A stretch of DNA of 63,835 bases, the filler included, from Perkinsus chesapeaki ATCC PRA-425 (taxonomy: Eukaryota > Protista > Perkinsozoa), in assembly GCA_013115145.1 (NCBI GenBank). It is 13 parts of 13 records of this genome, joined end to end, with 100 filler letters (N's around TTAATTAATTAA, not from the genome) between each part and the next. Parts side by side here need not be neighbours in the genome. Positions count along the whole stretch, not along the records: positions 21,562 to 23,641 come from JAAPAO010001684.1; positions 23,742 to 42,021 come from JAAPAO010000672.1; 11 more parts are not named here. One strand, written 5' to 3'. The number at the start of each line of letters is the position of its first letter. The stretch's first letter is position 1. A model generated the notes under the pieces. The model saw only the letters and a list, made by a program, of their open reading frames with translations, was not told the origin of the DNA and made no database searches. The position numbers and the translations under genes were made by a program. Below, piece after piece: positions 22,038 to 35,859 of the stretch.

Positions 22038-23641
22038 ACGAAAATCGAAATCGGTAAAAATGCTTTTGCATAAAGTAAGTTCTATCCCACTTTGACCGCT
22101 GAGCGACACTATTAAACAATGAAAGGATCACTTCGTATTTTACGTATTTTTCGTACAAACATATGAAACAATTCATATTTTTTTCCGAGTTAGGTATCCG
22201 AAAAAGTGGCCACTTCGACCCCAAGGAGCTTACAATGACATACAGTATGAGTTCAATGGCGCAGAGAGCCGCGAAGAATATCAATAACGGGTATTGCAGG
22301 ATTTCTGAGAAAAAATGAATAGCTCACAGCGGACCTGCTTTGTATCTTGCATGGTTAACCTAAAGATACCCTATTACTGTGTGTTCCAAATACGATAATA
22401 AGAACTGCCAAAACGGTCGTCGAAGTTAGGATGGCCAAAACGATTATGATCGAGTATCTTACATACCCGGCGGGATCTGACAAACTCGACCACGTCCGAA
22501 AAAATATAAAAGATTCTTCTACCTCCAGGCTGGAGCAAATCAGGTCGAGTGGCATTGACGAACTGCAAAAGATTCCCCGTGTCAGGTCCCGAGGTTGCAT
22601 AGTCTCTTAAGATACTTGCAAGCTCGCCTTCGGAAAGAGTGGTGAGGAAGTCACTAGCAATCGACGCGGTAGAATTATACGACATATTGAGAGGCCTACT
22701 AGAAACACCGAGTACAGATGCACGCATTCGACCTCATTTAGTATCTTTCTAGGATGCCAAGGTACTAAGAACGCCCGTTCTCAATTGAGATCTCTCAGAG
22801 GATCACAAAATGGCCGCCAGACCAAAATAGGATTTGTAATGCTACCAAATATCCTCAGAATTCCTATCGAAAATTGACACAAGCGGGACAATATTCTACC
22901 ACTGCTTCACCAAGCAAGCATACTTCTATTTCGTAACTTAAACCGTTAGGTTGTCCGATTATTAAACCATCGACGTTAAAGATACTCTCGAACTCAAGCG
23001 GCATTAATATTGTACTCAACAGAAACTGCACTTTTCCACCATGTCATTATCTATACCGTAAGCTCACTCTTTCGCCCATTCTTCGTCGTTGCTTTCGGCG
23101 TCTCAGTTTGCTCCGTTTATTAAGGCAGAATATGTCTAGCGGTCGTTCGGCCAATCGAGGCGAGAATATCCTTCCGAGTGCGGTACTGAAAGGAATCTTT
23201 AGCTCGAACCGAGTAAGATGCGAGATGGGTTAACTTCCGCCCTTTTTACTACTTAATGTCAATGCGAGCGACAAGAGCGATTTCCCCAAACTGCCGGCGT
23301 AGAAGCGGCCACATAGTGTCATTATCCACTCCACGTAAAACGCGAAACCTGCACCGTTTTCCTAGCGGAGCGGTGCGTCACAGCGCGTTTACTATCTCGC
23401 TCGCCAACTTCTTAATCCATATTATGAATCTCCCTATGAAAATTTTACTAATCAGTAGACGATGTCTGCTAATGATACGGCTGTAGAACAACCTCTTCTC
23501 TGAGCACTCCCCCTTATGTTAGTCTGCTCCTCGATAGGATAATATTTTACTAAATAAAAATTCCGTCCTGAGTCCCGTTTATGCCCATTTCCAGAGACTG
23601 CTCTATTCTTTTGTGTTATTGTAATGCGCACCTTCATTCGT

Positions 23642-23741
23642 NNNNNNNNNNNNNNNNNNNNNNNNNNNNNNNNNNNNNNNNNNNNTTAATTAATTAANNN
23701 NNNNNNNNNNNNNNNNNNNNNNNNNNNNNNNNNNNNNNNNN
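23642..23741. other. Artificial contig linker
   Basis: N44-TTAATTAATTAA-N44. Confidence 0.98.
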
Positions 23742-24381
23742 CCACTCGTCAGCAGTTATACAAGTACTTTGCGTTCTACCCAGTATCTAGAAGTTACCCG
23801 AGTTCGTTAACAATAGAACAGTTTTGGGCGAGCGCCAAGTACGTTGCGCATGCGTACACTACATGTCATTGTCACGCCATGACACTCACCAACGAGCTAG
23901 ACTCAGACCATAAGTTTCGGAACATCTTCAACGTTTACGGGGTTGCGTAACTAGATGTCCATAAGGATCCCGTGGCTCAGGGCCAGCAGCCGTGATAATT
24001 GGCTACTTGTTTTCCGCTCCACTCAACATCATCACAACGCGCAACCCGATAGTGGGCACATTATTTGGGTCAATCAGGTCAGTCACACAGGGACATGACA
24101 CAGGAATGGCTGTGGGGAATCGATGAGCTGTTACAGTTGGACTGAGCGTGGACTTGTTATAGTTGTCACTATTACTGTAAAATGCATGGCCAAACTGTAA
24201 ATAAATACGGAACATACCGTAGTAGTTTTATGGAGCCCATAGATCGTGGCTCAGCGAAATGTGCGTAAGCAATGTGTCATACCTGTGTTGTTGCCATAAC
24301 AGTGTTTGAACGCAAAATAAACGACAAAGTAGAAACAACATGATAAGGTCACGCACCGTGGCGGGCAGCAGGGCTAGGTGC

Positions 24382-26060
24382 TCATATCTTGTTCCGAAGA
24401 TTCCTCAACGCCTCTGTATAGTTGGGGCCCTCAATCACGCCACATCTGATAAACAATGTAACGGGTTTACACTTACCAAGCGAGCTGCTCTATACGGGAA
24501 GTGCCCAAGTTGAATGGATACAGCAGCAGCTGCAGCAACAGCCATATCCACATAACCTACTCAGTTATAAAGGCGGTGATGAGTTGGGCAGGGGTGATAT
24601 CAAATGCTGGGTTACATATATCAGTGCCCGATGGACATATTAGTTTACCATTAATCTAATATGGGGCCTGCTGTCGCTCACATCAGCCATGACTCACTGT
24701 AGTGACTTCCGACGCATCACGCTCTTCGATGACAATATCAGCACCGGTCTTGGAGGTGAGATCTAAGGACGATGTAGGCATGCAGCAGTATGCTGGAACG
24801 CCGTGATACCTGACTTCATATCCAACCGAATTATAACTCTTCACTCGTTACTTGGCTACAATGGCCAGATTGTACGTTCCTATCTTGTTAGCAACATCAC
24901 CATTAGCAGCGACACGATCACAGCCGAACACCACACCGTTTATCGGTAAACTGCTCATAATCTAAACATAGCAGCTTCTCGACGGGCATCTCCAAGTGGC
25001 TGCCTACATGCCCCGACATGCCGTCTGTTATTAGCCTGTGCGGTATGCCTTGCTGCTTCAATTCAAAGCAGGTAAGGGATGCACCTTGCATACGCGGCCT
25101 CGTCTCGTCAACGTAAACCTGTGAACGCGTAAATCTTGAACAATTCAAGAACGCTGTGTGTCTCATTACCAAAACGTTATCTTTACCAACTTTTTCCGCT
25201 ATGCTATAACAGACACCAAGAGCTGTACCATGCCCACACGTGGCAAGGAAGCCTAAGTAATGAACAGTCCATCTAAGGTAGGTAGATCTCTTCCGCTTGT
25301 GATTGGGATAACGGTCGCCACCGTTAGCTCAATGGGCAATACTCCACGTTAACTGTATGCTCAAGTGTAGGCCGTTGCCGACCGAGCTAAATGGCCGAGG
25401 GGAGGCCTTACCCGTGTTGCAGTGGTGTATTAGTCTTATAGGCCTATCATTACCGCACTTCTCAAGTATATGAGCGCTACCGTAATCACCCAACCTGCTC
25501 GGAATGTACATGCAGACCGCCAAATTTGCCAACCTGCGGTTTATTTTGATGTCGTCCTCATATAGGGATTGCGCTGCTTCAACAACTTTCATCACATCAA
25601 TGCTGCTCCCTGGTCCCACACCAGCTTTAAGCACACGATCGGTAGCCCAGCTCAGATTAACAGCGGTAGGACGGGCACTACATGGGATAAGCCGCTGGGC
25701 TATGACCGATCCGGTTGCTCCCAGTGAGGCAGGCGGCCGAAGGACCTCAACTAGCTCACCTATCGATGTAGGTCTTTGCAGCCGCGAGGGCATCGTAGTC
25801 AACGCTGCCGGATTCCTTCTGAAGTTTCAAAGCCTCCAGTGCTAGACCGAATGCCCCAGCGGAACCGATGGCAGGGGCTCCGCGAACCTGGCGAGCTGCG
25901 TGGGGTAGTTAAGTGCCATGGTAACCTTCATGGTTTTGATGATGTCGAATACATCTTCTTTAGTGCGACAATCGATATAGGATACTTCATGGGGTAGTAT
26001 AGATTGATCTAGAGCCCGAAGAATGGGCTCATCTGATACAGCCGTAAGTCTTGGAGCCAT
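24382..26060 (-). CDS. MRI1: Methylthioribose-1-phosphate isomerase (methionine salvage), multi-exon
   Basis: Exons give [84 protein letters not shown], and a last exon CGVIEGPNY...KI followed by a stop. Confidence 0.93.
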
Positions 26061-29000
26061 GCAGCTGCAGCAGCTACTGCTGCCGTACACCCACCTTTAG
26101 ATGGTATAAAGTGTAGGCTAGATAGGTCAGAGGTGGCTGCTGATGCTGCTGCCATGAAGAATCCCTTAACTAAAATACCGTGTAGGCCAGTACAGTGAGA
26201 TAGTCCCCTTTGAAAAAGCAGCCACGCAATGTTAGGGCGTACTTTACCTATGGGAAGGATACGGCCGCCGCCGCGCCATAGGCAACTCGCTACGCCACGA
26301 TCATCGATCAAGGAGGAAGCCGCCGGTGACGCGCGCGATCATGATCGAATAGCTACTGCTCCTCCTTCCACGCTCGAAACCGCTGTGATATAGTCCTCCC
26401 TGCCTTCCAGTACTCTGCTATATACAATCGGTATAGGTTAAGAAGGCGCCTTTGGGAATGCATTATTGAGGTACTTCGAGGAGATATAATATCACCATAA
26501 CGGAACTGTTGTCTACTTAAATACGTGATCCTCCCCCTTTTTGGTTCTGTCCAGCAGTTGTCCCCCACTTTAATAGTTGTCCTGCCCTATGAGCCAGAAC
26601 TCAGAAGTGCGAGCATCAAGCTCACGGATGATCGAGCATGGTAATCTCACTCACCTAAGATACGCTTTGGATCTTGCGCTGACACGGCGACCTCAGGCCA
26701 TCCTGGAATAAGCCCCGAGGAGCAGAAGGAGATGCTGATGTCCGCAAGCAGGAAGCATGATCGCTTGTAATTGGGGGGCCCTTTAGTTAATTGCCTTTAT
26801 CTATTCTGGTGGGCCCTTTGCGGCGGAGAGGCAGTCGTTGCTAGGTCCACCTACCACGAAGGGTTCCTTGAGGCCGAGGATGATGACGGCTCCAGCATTT
26901 GCTCAGAGTGTGATGGTGGATGTAATACAGATTGGGTACAGCTAGTCAGATAGGGTATGGTCTGTTAGCCTCATCCCACGGTTCGTCACGATCGACCAAC
27001 AAGAGGCCTTCTCGTGGCACCAAAAGGGTAGGGTGTCATTCGACTTAGTTGCTGCAGTGGGTGACATCAGGTCCGAGGAAAAGGGTCGATATGTGGGAGC
27101 CTCCGGAAGCTTGGCCGTACTGAGCAACGGGATGATAGGAAACTGTCTTGCTCGACAAACTCTAGCGACAGTAATAGCGGTATCTCACTTGCATTCGAAA
27201 ATCGTTCGTTGCGGCGGTTGAGAATGAACTGTAGAGTCCCTGAAGTGATGATTATGCTCAGACTGTCACACAGTGGCAGAGCTCTCGGAGGAGTCGAGGC
27301 AATCACGGAGCGACCTCCTTACCGAGGACCTCTGCGGCCCAGCGTTTATGGACTACTGCAAGTGCGATGATCCACAGGATCCAGTGTCATTGGTAGTATC
27401 TGTGGGCGGCGGGGGGATTTATAGAGCCTCCTTTGCAGCAACGAATCTGGACGGAAGGCCCTGAAGGTGGCCGAGCAGCCAGCGGTGAGATTGAGTTTCT
27501 GTTTTCCTATCATGAGGATGGCAAATTCATTAGAGGTGCTGAGTCACTGGGAAGATCTCAAGTCTGTTAATGCACTTCAGGCTTCTCCGTCACCACATTG
27601 CAGTACCTATTGCGGCAGCCTCGACCAATTCAGCATCCAGTAAGCCGCAAAGTGATACCGGAGAGCACACTGGAGCGAGCGGAGAGGATGGTCAAAGTAA
27701 TAGGGGAAGTATGAGGGCTCAGTGTGGTACACGGAGCTCAGTGCTTGGAGGCGACTGGAGCCATCGAGCCCTTGGCAGTCAGGGATCTTGCCTCGATACC
27801 GCATAAGGAACTCACTAGGAAGGATATGCAGCAGTTGAGCCTCGAGGTTGGTCCTGTGGAGGGCTGGCGGCCGAAAGGGCGGCGTGGCAGGTGTGGCAAC
27901 TGATGGCGCGTCAGTCCGTGTATGTGGAGGAGGACACTCTGGTGGACATGGACCGGGCCCAGCTCGGTAAGGGCTCGCCGGGCCAGCACTTATAATGCGT
28001 TTGTTAGTAATGGTTAACTCGGAGCTTCGGTCGATGTTCACGGAGAACTTCACTGTTGACCAGCGTCAACAATTCTACCCCCCTGATGGCATCCCCTTTG
28101 CGAAGATCCACGAGGCGCTTGTGAGCAATGGCGAGGTGGGGATATCTCCTAGATGGCCCGCTGTCACTATGAATCCACCTGTCAGGATATATCTCCGCTT
28201 GCTAGGACGCTGGGGGCGGTGCAGGGCATCCTCAGGGACTTGCGAACGGTGGGACACGTGGGGCTATCAGAGGAGGGGAGGGTGAAAGGGTCTGTCGGTG
28301 TGGTAGAGTTGGCATTCTATAAATGACTATATGTCTTATGTGTACTTAGTGCAGAACAGGCTGCCCACCTCCTGAGATGCTGCGTGTTAAATGAGGCAAG
28401 TATCATTCGGAGTATAATTTTAACGATATACATTAGCTCTTTCAAGGGAGGCTTTGTATCTGATGTTGGCCCCTCCTCGCAGTCCTTACGGTAAACTAGT
28501 CCTCCTATACGCTTCCGGCCTTGGGGGTGGTGCTTGTGCTGGACTGGAGTAGTGTTTGAGGCTGGTCGTCGATGTCAGATACTGACGAATGCGCCTGATA
28601 ACATTAAGTTTATGGTATCCTACGTTATCGTGGGGGCACTGGCTGTTGTTAGTAGCCCAATAAGGGCCAGGTAACACTCGAAGATATCCCCTTGTTGTTG
28701 GGGCGAGCCACTGTTATCCAAGGTACATGACCGGCCTAAGCCACTCGTTTGAGATACCGCCATCCCCGGGGTTGCAGGAAGACTACTCGTCCGAGGAGGA
28801 TGATGATGATCACATAGGAGAGGAGGAGGAGGAAGAAGGGGCAGCCTCTGATGATGAAGGCGATTTCAGTGGAGGCTTCTGAAGACTTTTTTCACCAAGT
28901 TCTGCAGAGGGCTCCGTGGAGCATTCTTCATTGATACAATTCTGATGAGCCATTCGCGGTTGTAGATGCCCGTTGTGGGCGTTGTTGTCGTGTTTGGTGG

Positions 29001-29135
29001 TGTATTGATTGTTTTAATTTCTGAGGCTCATATCGCTGTAGCATAGATGCTGTGAATCTCTCCTACTAATAATATCATTACGTGCTGTGACGTCTTTTGC
29101 ACTACTACCAGTATGACTAGCAGTTAGCTAACTTC

Positions 29136-30170
29136 TTGATGAGTAGGAGGGATACTTGTGTTGTTACAGCACCACCTTGCGGGGAGTTACTAGAATGCCC
29201 AATGGCTCCAGCGTCCTCTAACGTGGTAATAGTTCAGATAGGACAGTGCGGCAACCAAGTCGGTGAAACGCTTTATGACTGTTTGTGGGAAGAGATATGC
29301 GAGCTGCGGAAGCCCGGAGGCAACATCCCATTGGCAGATAGACTGCAAGGCACTTTCTTCGATGATAACGATGGAGCACGGGCCGCTTTGATCGATATGG
29401 AGCCAAAGGTGGTCCAGAGCCTTTTGTCGAGGAAGAGGGGGAATCCTTGGCGTTATGGCCGAGATAGATGCTTATATTTGCAGAGTGGCAGCGGCAACAG
29501 TTGGATGACTGGTTACTCGGTGCTGGCGAAGGCGCAGACATCCGAGCTCGCTGCAGATGTTATACGGCAGGCGGCTGAGGCCTGCGATAGAGTTGACGCA
29601 TTCCTCATGCTTTCCAGCGGTGCTGGCGGCACTGGCAGTGGGTACGGCAGCTTCGTGGTGTCGGAGATACTCAATGACTATCACGGCCTTAAGCACGGGT
29701 CGACCTGTAGCGCCATTGTGTGTCCGTTTGAGAGAGGTGAGGTGTCGGTGCAGAATTACAACACGGCCTTGTCGCTGACAACTGCTATTGAGACCGGTGA
29801 CCTCACAATGACATTTTCTAATACAAGATTGGAGAATGAAGTCGGGGCTAGAGGAGGCGGATTGGCTACCATTAACAGAAAGCTTGCGCGGACGCTGGTT
29901 GACAGCCTCTTGGTGCCCTCTCGAGTAGCCCCTTACGGCACACTCTCTGAGTTATCCCGGCATCTGCTGGCCGATCCAGACCATACTGTTGCGAGTTGCA
30001 CGTCTTTGCCGAACCTAGACTACTGTGAGTTCTCCAGCGATACTTGGTTTGGTCTTTCTAAGGAGCTTGGTGATCGATGGAAGGGTCCTTGTGGGACGGC
30101 ACTAGTTCATGTATGCGGAACGGGAGCTGACAAGCTGGAGGAAAATGTAGGTCGTCGCAATAGCCAATGA
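29136..30170 (+). CDS. TUBD1: Delta-tubulin (3' end probably continues by splicing)
   Basis: VQIGQCGNQVG, ARAALIDMEPKVV, SGSGNSW..GY, SGAGGTGSG and GEVSVQNYN are delta-tubulin signatures. Confidence 0.88.
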   Translation: MMSRRDTCVVTAPPCGELLECPMAPASSNVVIVQIGQCGNQVGETLYDCLWEEICELRKPGGNIPLADRLQGTFFDDNDGARAALIDMEPKVVQSLLSRKRGNPWRYGRDRCLYLQSGSGNSWMTGYSVLAKAQTSELAADVIRQAAEACDRVDAFLMLSSGAGGTGSGYGSFVVSEILNDYHGLKHGSTCSAIVCPFERGEVSVQNYNTALSLTTAIETGDLTMTFSNTRLENEVGARGGGLATINRKLARTLVDSLLVPSRVAPYGTLSELSRHLLADPDHTVASCTSLPNLDYCEFSSDTWFGLSKELGDRWKGPCGTALVHVCGTGADKLEENVGRRNSQ

Positions 30171-32392
30171 GCAGCCGTAGAGGGACGTCAGATGTCCAGA
30201 AGGACCTAACATTTCCCTCTTTTTAAGGACCTTCCATGTTTCTTTTCGCTGTTGTAAAGTAGTTTGCAGCTGAACTTTCATTGCGCATCAGGGACACCTC
30301 TTAATCCCCGAGGAACGCATTCCCGCAGAGCTATTGCGTTATTCCTTTGATGGTCCACTTGTACTGGGTGGTCTCGTATCGTGCAAGCTTACATTGCCTA
30401 TCTAGGCCCACAACACGCGTTTCTGTGCGTCGCTATCTATAGTGTGGTTTGTTGGCAGGTCTTTGCGCCGTTTAAGGTGAAGGGTCGGTACTTCTCGCAT
30501 GTAGCTAGGCCCCTTCGACTGGTGTTAAATCCAATTGCTAGGAGGACACCAAGCAGGTCCATATCGGTAGTTGCTACCGATCAGGAGGCTCTACAACCGG
30601 TAGCAGATGATGCAGGATTATGCTTGTCGAATGTTCTGTGATCTCAGCTAGCGCACATCCTGAGTCGTTGTCGAGCGGCGCTGTCGACGGGGGCATTTGT
30701 CCATCACTACGGTGGCTACGAAGGGGAAGCCCGCATCGCCGACGCACTAGCCACTTTGAGTGCTACCCTAGGGAGATGCCATACTCGACGTACAGGATGT
30801 GGAGGATGAATTCATTCAATACATTTCCGTGCCTGTGGTTACTGTTGTGCTGGTCGCCGGGCTCCATCAAAGTTGGGGCGCGTTCACTTGTGCTGCGCAA
30901 TCCTTTCAGCAATTACCTTTTCTCATTCGCTTTATGGTTAAAACCCGACTAGTGGCAGCACTGTTGGCAAGCCAGGTTACTATGGGCACATCAGTGACCG
31001 AGAACATGCTTAGGAGGGTCCTTGTTATGAATGCTCCAGGTGACACCGAAGGTTGGGCATGCGTGCACTCGGACCGCCATGATTTGCTCCACTCTGCAAC
31101 TTCCTGGCACACCCCTTCTCGCTACCTTACAGGCTTGTTTGCTTTATGATGCTTACCGTTACCGTGTATGTGTTGCTCATCTGTTGGTGCCTCTCAGACT
31201 CTCCGGCGCCCACGGCAGTGGCCCCGACTGCTCGAGCAACGGTGACAACTGTTGGGGCAGCGAACGCTCCACCAATTGCTTCGCGATCCTCGACGATTGC
31301 AGCGGTATCGACGGTCTTTAGTACTGTTTCGAGCTCCCCGTTCACTCCCACAGCTGCGGCATCGACAGCGAGCCAGTGTAAGCTTGGGTGTGTGCAACTG
31401 CCTCGAATGCGCCCAGAGAAGTGTTTGAGACGTGAAAACCACGGGGCGCGTGACGGTAGAATGTGACACCGTGACGCCACTACCCCCCAGAGAGATTGCG
31501 GTATTTGAGTGTGTTCATTTCAGCCCCTCCTGCAGCCGCAGCCTCACCTCCGCCCCCGAGCTCGTCTCCCCTCAGCACAATCCCTCCATCCGCACTCCGT
31601 TCGACAACGGCTGCCCCAACAATGGCCGGGGCAAATGCCCCTAATCAAGCCGATCCCAAACCGTAGAGACTTGGCTCGTCAGTGTCCTACGTTATTGTTC
31701 GGTGTTTAGGAACGATATGAAGTTGAGAGATCTCATCATTTATTGCTTCCTCATAGCCTTGGCCATTGGGGGCGTTGGTTGGGGAATCGTAATACTCCAT
31801 GACCGGTAAGAATATATATGCCAATGGAGTTCGGGCCCTTATGGTGACTTTGTATCTTTCTCAGTTGGCGAGATCATTACAGAGTTCCTGGGAGACACCC
31901 CAAATATGGGCAAGGTGGCGGCAGTCGATCTAAGGTGAGAAATTGTGTGGCCGATAGCTCCTTAGCAGCCCAGTGGTTTCAGAGGAGTGATTCACAGCGG
32001 AGCTGGAATGAATCGACCGACACTGGTAAAAGTGCTGCCTCATCGGTGGCGCGGTGCATAGTCCTCACTTTTAGGTGGCAACGCATTGCCGTCCGAAGTG
32101 ACCAGTTTTGATGAAGGCCCCCCTTCAACGAGGAGAGTACCCCATGTAGGCCCAATTAAAGCTGTACCTCCACAGTGTAGGGTTCTTAGTATAAGACGCG
32201 AAGAGCCGAAGGTCAGCAGCAGCAGCCTAGGGGTCCTAGTGAAGCACCATGATCCATGATAGTTGGGCTCCTCCATGGGAGACGAGAGATGTCATCCACT
32301 CGCATGAGTGTTGCTTTCAGTGCTTTAAATGTGGCCCGAGTCGCCGGTGTGTAATTGCGGTTTCTTTCTCGAGGCTCCCAAATTTTTTACGT

Positions 32393-33808
32393 ATGGCAGC
32401 ATTAAATCTCTTACCACTCCAAAGCAGCTTCCCATCAGATCAGGCGGTGTTTGTACGTTACGTGAACAGCTTCCCCGAGTTCTTTTCGGTCGACTACAGA
32501 AGAAGCCCCCCGAGCATTCCTGCTAGCAGCTCGGTCCTACGTAAGGCTCACATTATCAGAGAAGGTGAACACCAAGGAGATCTGAGGCTTTGCCGCCGTG
32601 CATCGTGCCCTAAGGCTTCCGCCAAGCTACGATGTAGCAGCTCTCCACCTGGTGTGAGCCCGAGTACGATAGATAGGTCCTCCTACGATGAGACGGCTCT
32701 TGTCGGTCGTCGCGGAGCGAAGTCCCCAGTCAGTGAGACTGACATTCTGGTGCATGATGTCCCTACCACTAGTAGTGAGAGCTATGAAGGAGTTAAGGAG
32801 GAGGTTGATGATGATGACAGTTGTTGTGGGAGTAGCAGCAGTGAGCGACGTTGTCTTACCACTGTTATGTTACGTAATATCCCAAGCCGTTATTCCACCA
32901 AGGACCTTTGTGAGATACTCCACCGTGATGGATTTGAGGCTGGCTCCCACTATGATTTCGTGTATCTTCCCGCCGACTTCAGGGACTATTCCTGTCTCGG
33001 GTATGGCTTTGTAAACTTCACTGCCCACTCCACAGCTAAGGGCTTTAGTGAAAAGTTTCAAGGTCTGAGGTTACCCTACTCTGGCTCATCTGATAAGATA
33101 TGTCAAACAAGCTGGGCTCGTATTCAAGGCTTTTCTGAGAATATAAGACATGCACAGCACTCAGCTAACCATGATCTTCCGCCATTTTTTCGTCCTATGG
33201 CATTTAGTTGTCAAGGTGCCCCGATTGCCCTAGATGAGGTACTGGCTGACTCTACTTATGCTCGTACTCATCAACAACGCGGGCGCGCTCAGAACCAGAA
33301 TAACAAGGCCAATGGTGGCAGCTCACGCACTTCACAGATGAGCAGAGGCAGTAGAGCTGATGGAAGCTCGGGAGATAGGGCCAAGGACAACGACGACTGC
33401 AAGTTCTTCCTCGGCGGCCTGCCCAGCGAAATGGAGCGGCCCGATTGGTCCAAGAAGATGCTTTCTAGTGGCCTCACCCCTTACTTGCCGACTGGGGTAG
33501 TGGTACTAAACTGTGCCCTCCTCAGCGTTGGCCCGGCCTGCAGTAGGTATGCTTTTGTAACTCTAAGTTCTGCTGATGCAGTGACCTCTATTTTAGAGAA
33601 GTACTACTTCTCTCCCCAGCCAGGCGAGGTCGGTATTCAGATTGATGGTTTCTCGGTCTCCTTGAAACCATATCGTAGAAGGCGACATGATAGCTTCGCG
33701 ACTTCGGTGGCCTCTCGTCGAGTCTCCAAAAGCAGCGTTGCGTCGACGTACAGATCATCGACAACCTGGCGGAGTAGCCCGAAGAGGTCCACCAAGCCTG
33801 AGATGTAA
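32393..33808 (+). CDS. Mei2-like RNA-binding protein (Mei2 RRM3 plus a second canonical RRM)
   Basis: TTVMLRNIP...YDFVYLPADF...GYGFVNF...KIC...WARIQG, followed by KFFLGGLP...YAFVTL...IDG.SV.LKPY. A short retained intron is possible in the second RRM. Confidence 0.85.
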   Translation: MAALNLLPLQSSFPSDQAVFVRYVNSFPEFFSVDYRRSPPSIPASSSVLRKAHIIREGEHQGDLRLCRRASCPKASAKLRCSSSPPGVSPSTIDRSSYDETALVGRRGAKSPVSETDILVHDVPTTSSESYEGVKEEVDDDDSCCGSSSSERRCLTTVMLRNIPSRYSTKDLCEILHRDGFEAGSHYDFVYLPADFRDYSCLGYGFVNFTAHSTAKGFSEKFQGLRLPYSGSSDKICQTSWARIQGFSENIRHAQHSANHDLPPFFRPMAFSCQGAPIALDEVLADSTYARTHQQRGRAQNQNNKANGGSSRTSQMSRGSRADGSSGDRAKDNDDCKFFLGGLPSEMERPDWSKKMLSSGLTPYLPTGVVVLNCALLSVGPACSRYAFVTLSSADAVTSILEKYYFSPQPGEVGIQIDGFSVSLKPYRRRRHDSFATSVASRRVSKSSVASTYRSSTTWRSSPKRSTKPEM

Positions 33809-35859
33809 CCGCTTCCATCAACAGGAAGACACTATCGGTGGTTATCGGTGGTTTAGCAGGCATAGTGGCAAAAACTGCTACATTATACTATTCTAAGTTT
33901 ATGGTCAAGTACACCTCTTCTCGGTCACCTTACGTTGAGGATGAATAGATCAAACCATTATATTAACCATTATTTCTTGCACGGTCAATCCGGAGCGTTT
34001 TCATTAGCAATGTCTACAAAAATAAGTTTGCCGTCTAGGCAGGGGGACTTATGCTTTGCATTTCCCAGTCCGCTACACTAATAACTATATAATATGTCGC
34101 GGATGCTATTGTGGTCTTTCAAGGGCATTGCAACGGATGTTACCCACATTATTATTCGAAGTTTTCATTGGTTTTGGGGATTTTGGGTCAAGTATCCCAC
34201 TTTTCCCTCTTTTCCTCTCCCAATGGAGATGGGACAGTGTAAGCACATTGCCCCGTCTTTTCGGTAGCGACGTATTTCCACACATATGGCAGTCATGCCC
34301 TATGCGTTTATCCTCTTTAACTTACCTCTACTGTTACTATTGCGGAGTCTAAGCCCGAGCCACATTAGTTTTATATCTTGAGCAATTGTACCTTGGTTTC
34401 GTCAATGAGTTTTCATTCGGTCATCATGTTCGGAAGTGGGGTTTTGCTACTAGTATGTGGACCGGGGTCGGACCAGAAGGTTTTCTTAGCTACCTGCGGC
34501 CCGCGCATGCCTCGGGTCCTGCTGCTGCTGTCTAATGTCACAAGTTCTGATGGATCGTCATCTGTTTATAGTTGAATGAATCATTTGCTTCACTGTGTCG
34601 GATGCATTAGCTTTTAGCATCGTAGTGTTATAGCCCTCTAAAGGTTATCTGTTGGGAAACCTTTTCGGTAGTGACTCCCGCCGCGGCCGCCACCGTGGCC
34701 AGTACAATCGGCCGGTGTATCTACCAGTGTATTGTGAAGTGAATGATTCACATGATGATTTAACTGTCAGTGTCTGCCCTTCACTCATGGGCTTTCCAGT
34801 AGATGATACGGTACTATCTCATCGGACATCGCTTTTGAGTTGGTTGCTTGTCAATAATCATCGTCAACTGTAATCTCCAAACCTTTTGGCTCTCATAGTA
34901 CAACTGGTTTATAACCCCCTACAGACTCCCGTATGGCTTGGTTTGCCAGCTTACTGTCCAGGTCTCAGCCACCATGAAGAGGGGCTTCGATTGCAGGCTT
35001 TCGGCTCCTCGAAGCCCATCGTTTCTTTTCTCGCGTGCCCACCGTGCCAGCCGTTTCATCCGCGTCCCGCTGGTGGGGCGACGCCGCGCAGTCGATGATT
35101 AAAGGATGTTGTTGTTGGTTTTACCCATCAACATTTCGTTCCCGTGCAGTTGAGTTTCTTGCTTATTTTCGTATATGTCAGCATCCCCCAGCAACCATCG
35201 CTTATCCGTCCGCCAGCACACTGAGGTGATTGGCCGCGTCACAGTAGAAGAAAACTGCGCCGCTACATGTGCTGCCAGATTCGAGCAAATCGTACGTCTG
35301 TTGGTTCAGTGGCAAGCGAAGGAGAAGTTAGATCTGTGAAGCATTACAAGCATCGAGGGTCTAGACATAGGCCCGAAGTGTAACCCCCCTGCCACGGCCA
35401 CGGCCGCAGCAGCAGCTGTGGCTTTACTCTTATTCGTTTAGGTGCTATTACCCTAATTCGCAAGACGTGCTCTCTGAGGTAGATATTAAACCGTTTTGCC
35501 TTGGAGGAACGACTGAGTGGCGACGGGATCAGGTGAGCAGTAGTAGGGGGTGAAGCGATAATAGCCTTCCTCAGCCTGCCGCCGCCATGTCGCCTGGCCG
35601 TGGGGTCTCAAGGTATGGAGAAGGAGATGGAATGTTTCGTTATGTACAGCCGCCAGAAGTGCCTCTGGAACTTTTGAGTGCATGCCCTGCAGGCCGATGA
35701 TGAGAACGAGTCCGATGTGTCGAATGCATGGAGCGCTGCATGTAGGGGTCGAGGCTCGCTGAGGTGACCATTGCGCCGCTATGACTCACGTTGAAGCCCT
35801 TTTGAATGTCCAGGCCCAACGTGTACCCTGCCAGCCCTCTCTCCCAAGTTCCCATCTCT

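Noticed and set aside
29136-30170. Delta-tubulin as a truncated pseudogene (344 aa)
   Set aside because: A plausible GT donor precedes the stop, so the gene probably continues by splicing; truncation cannot be claimed without transcripts.
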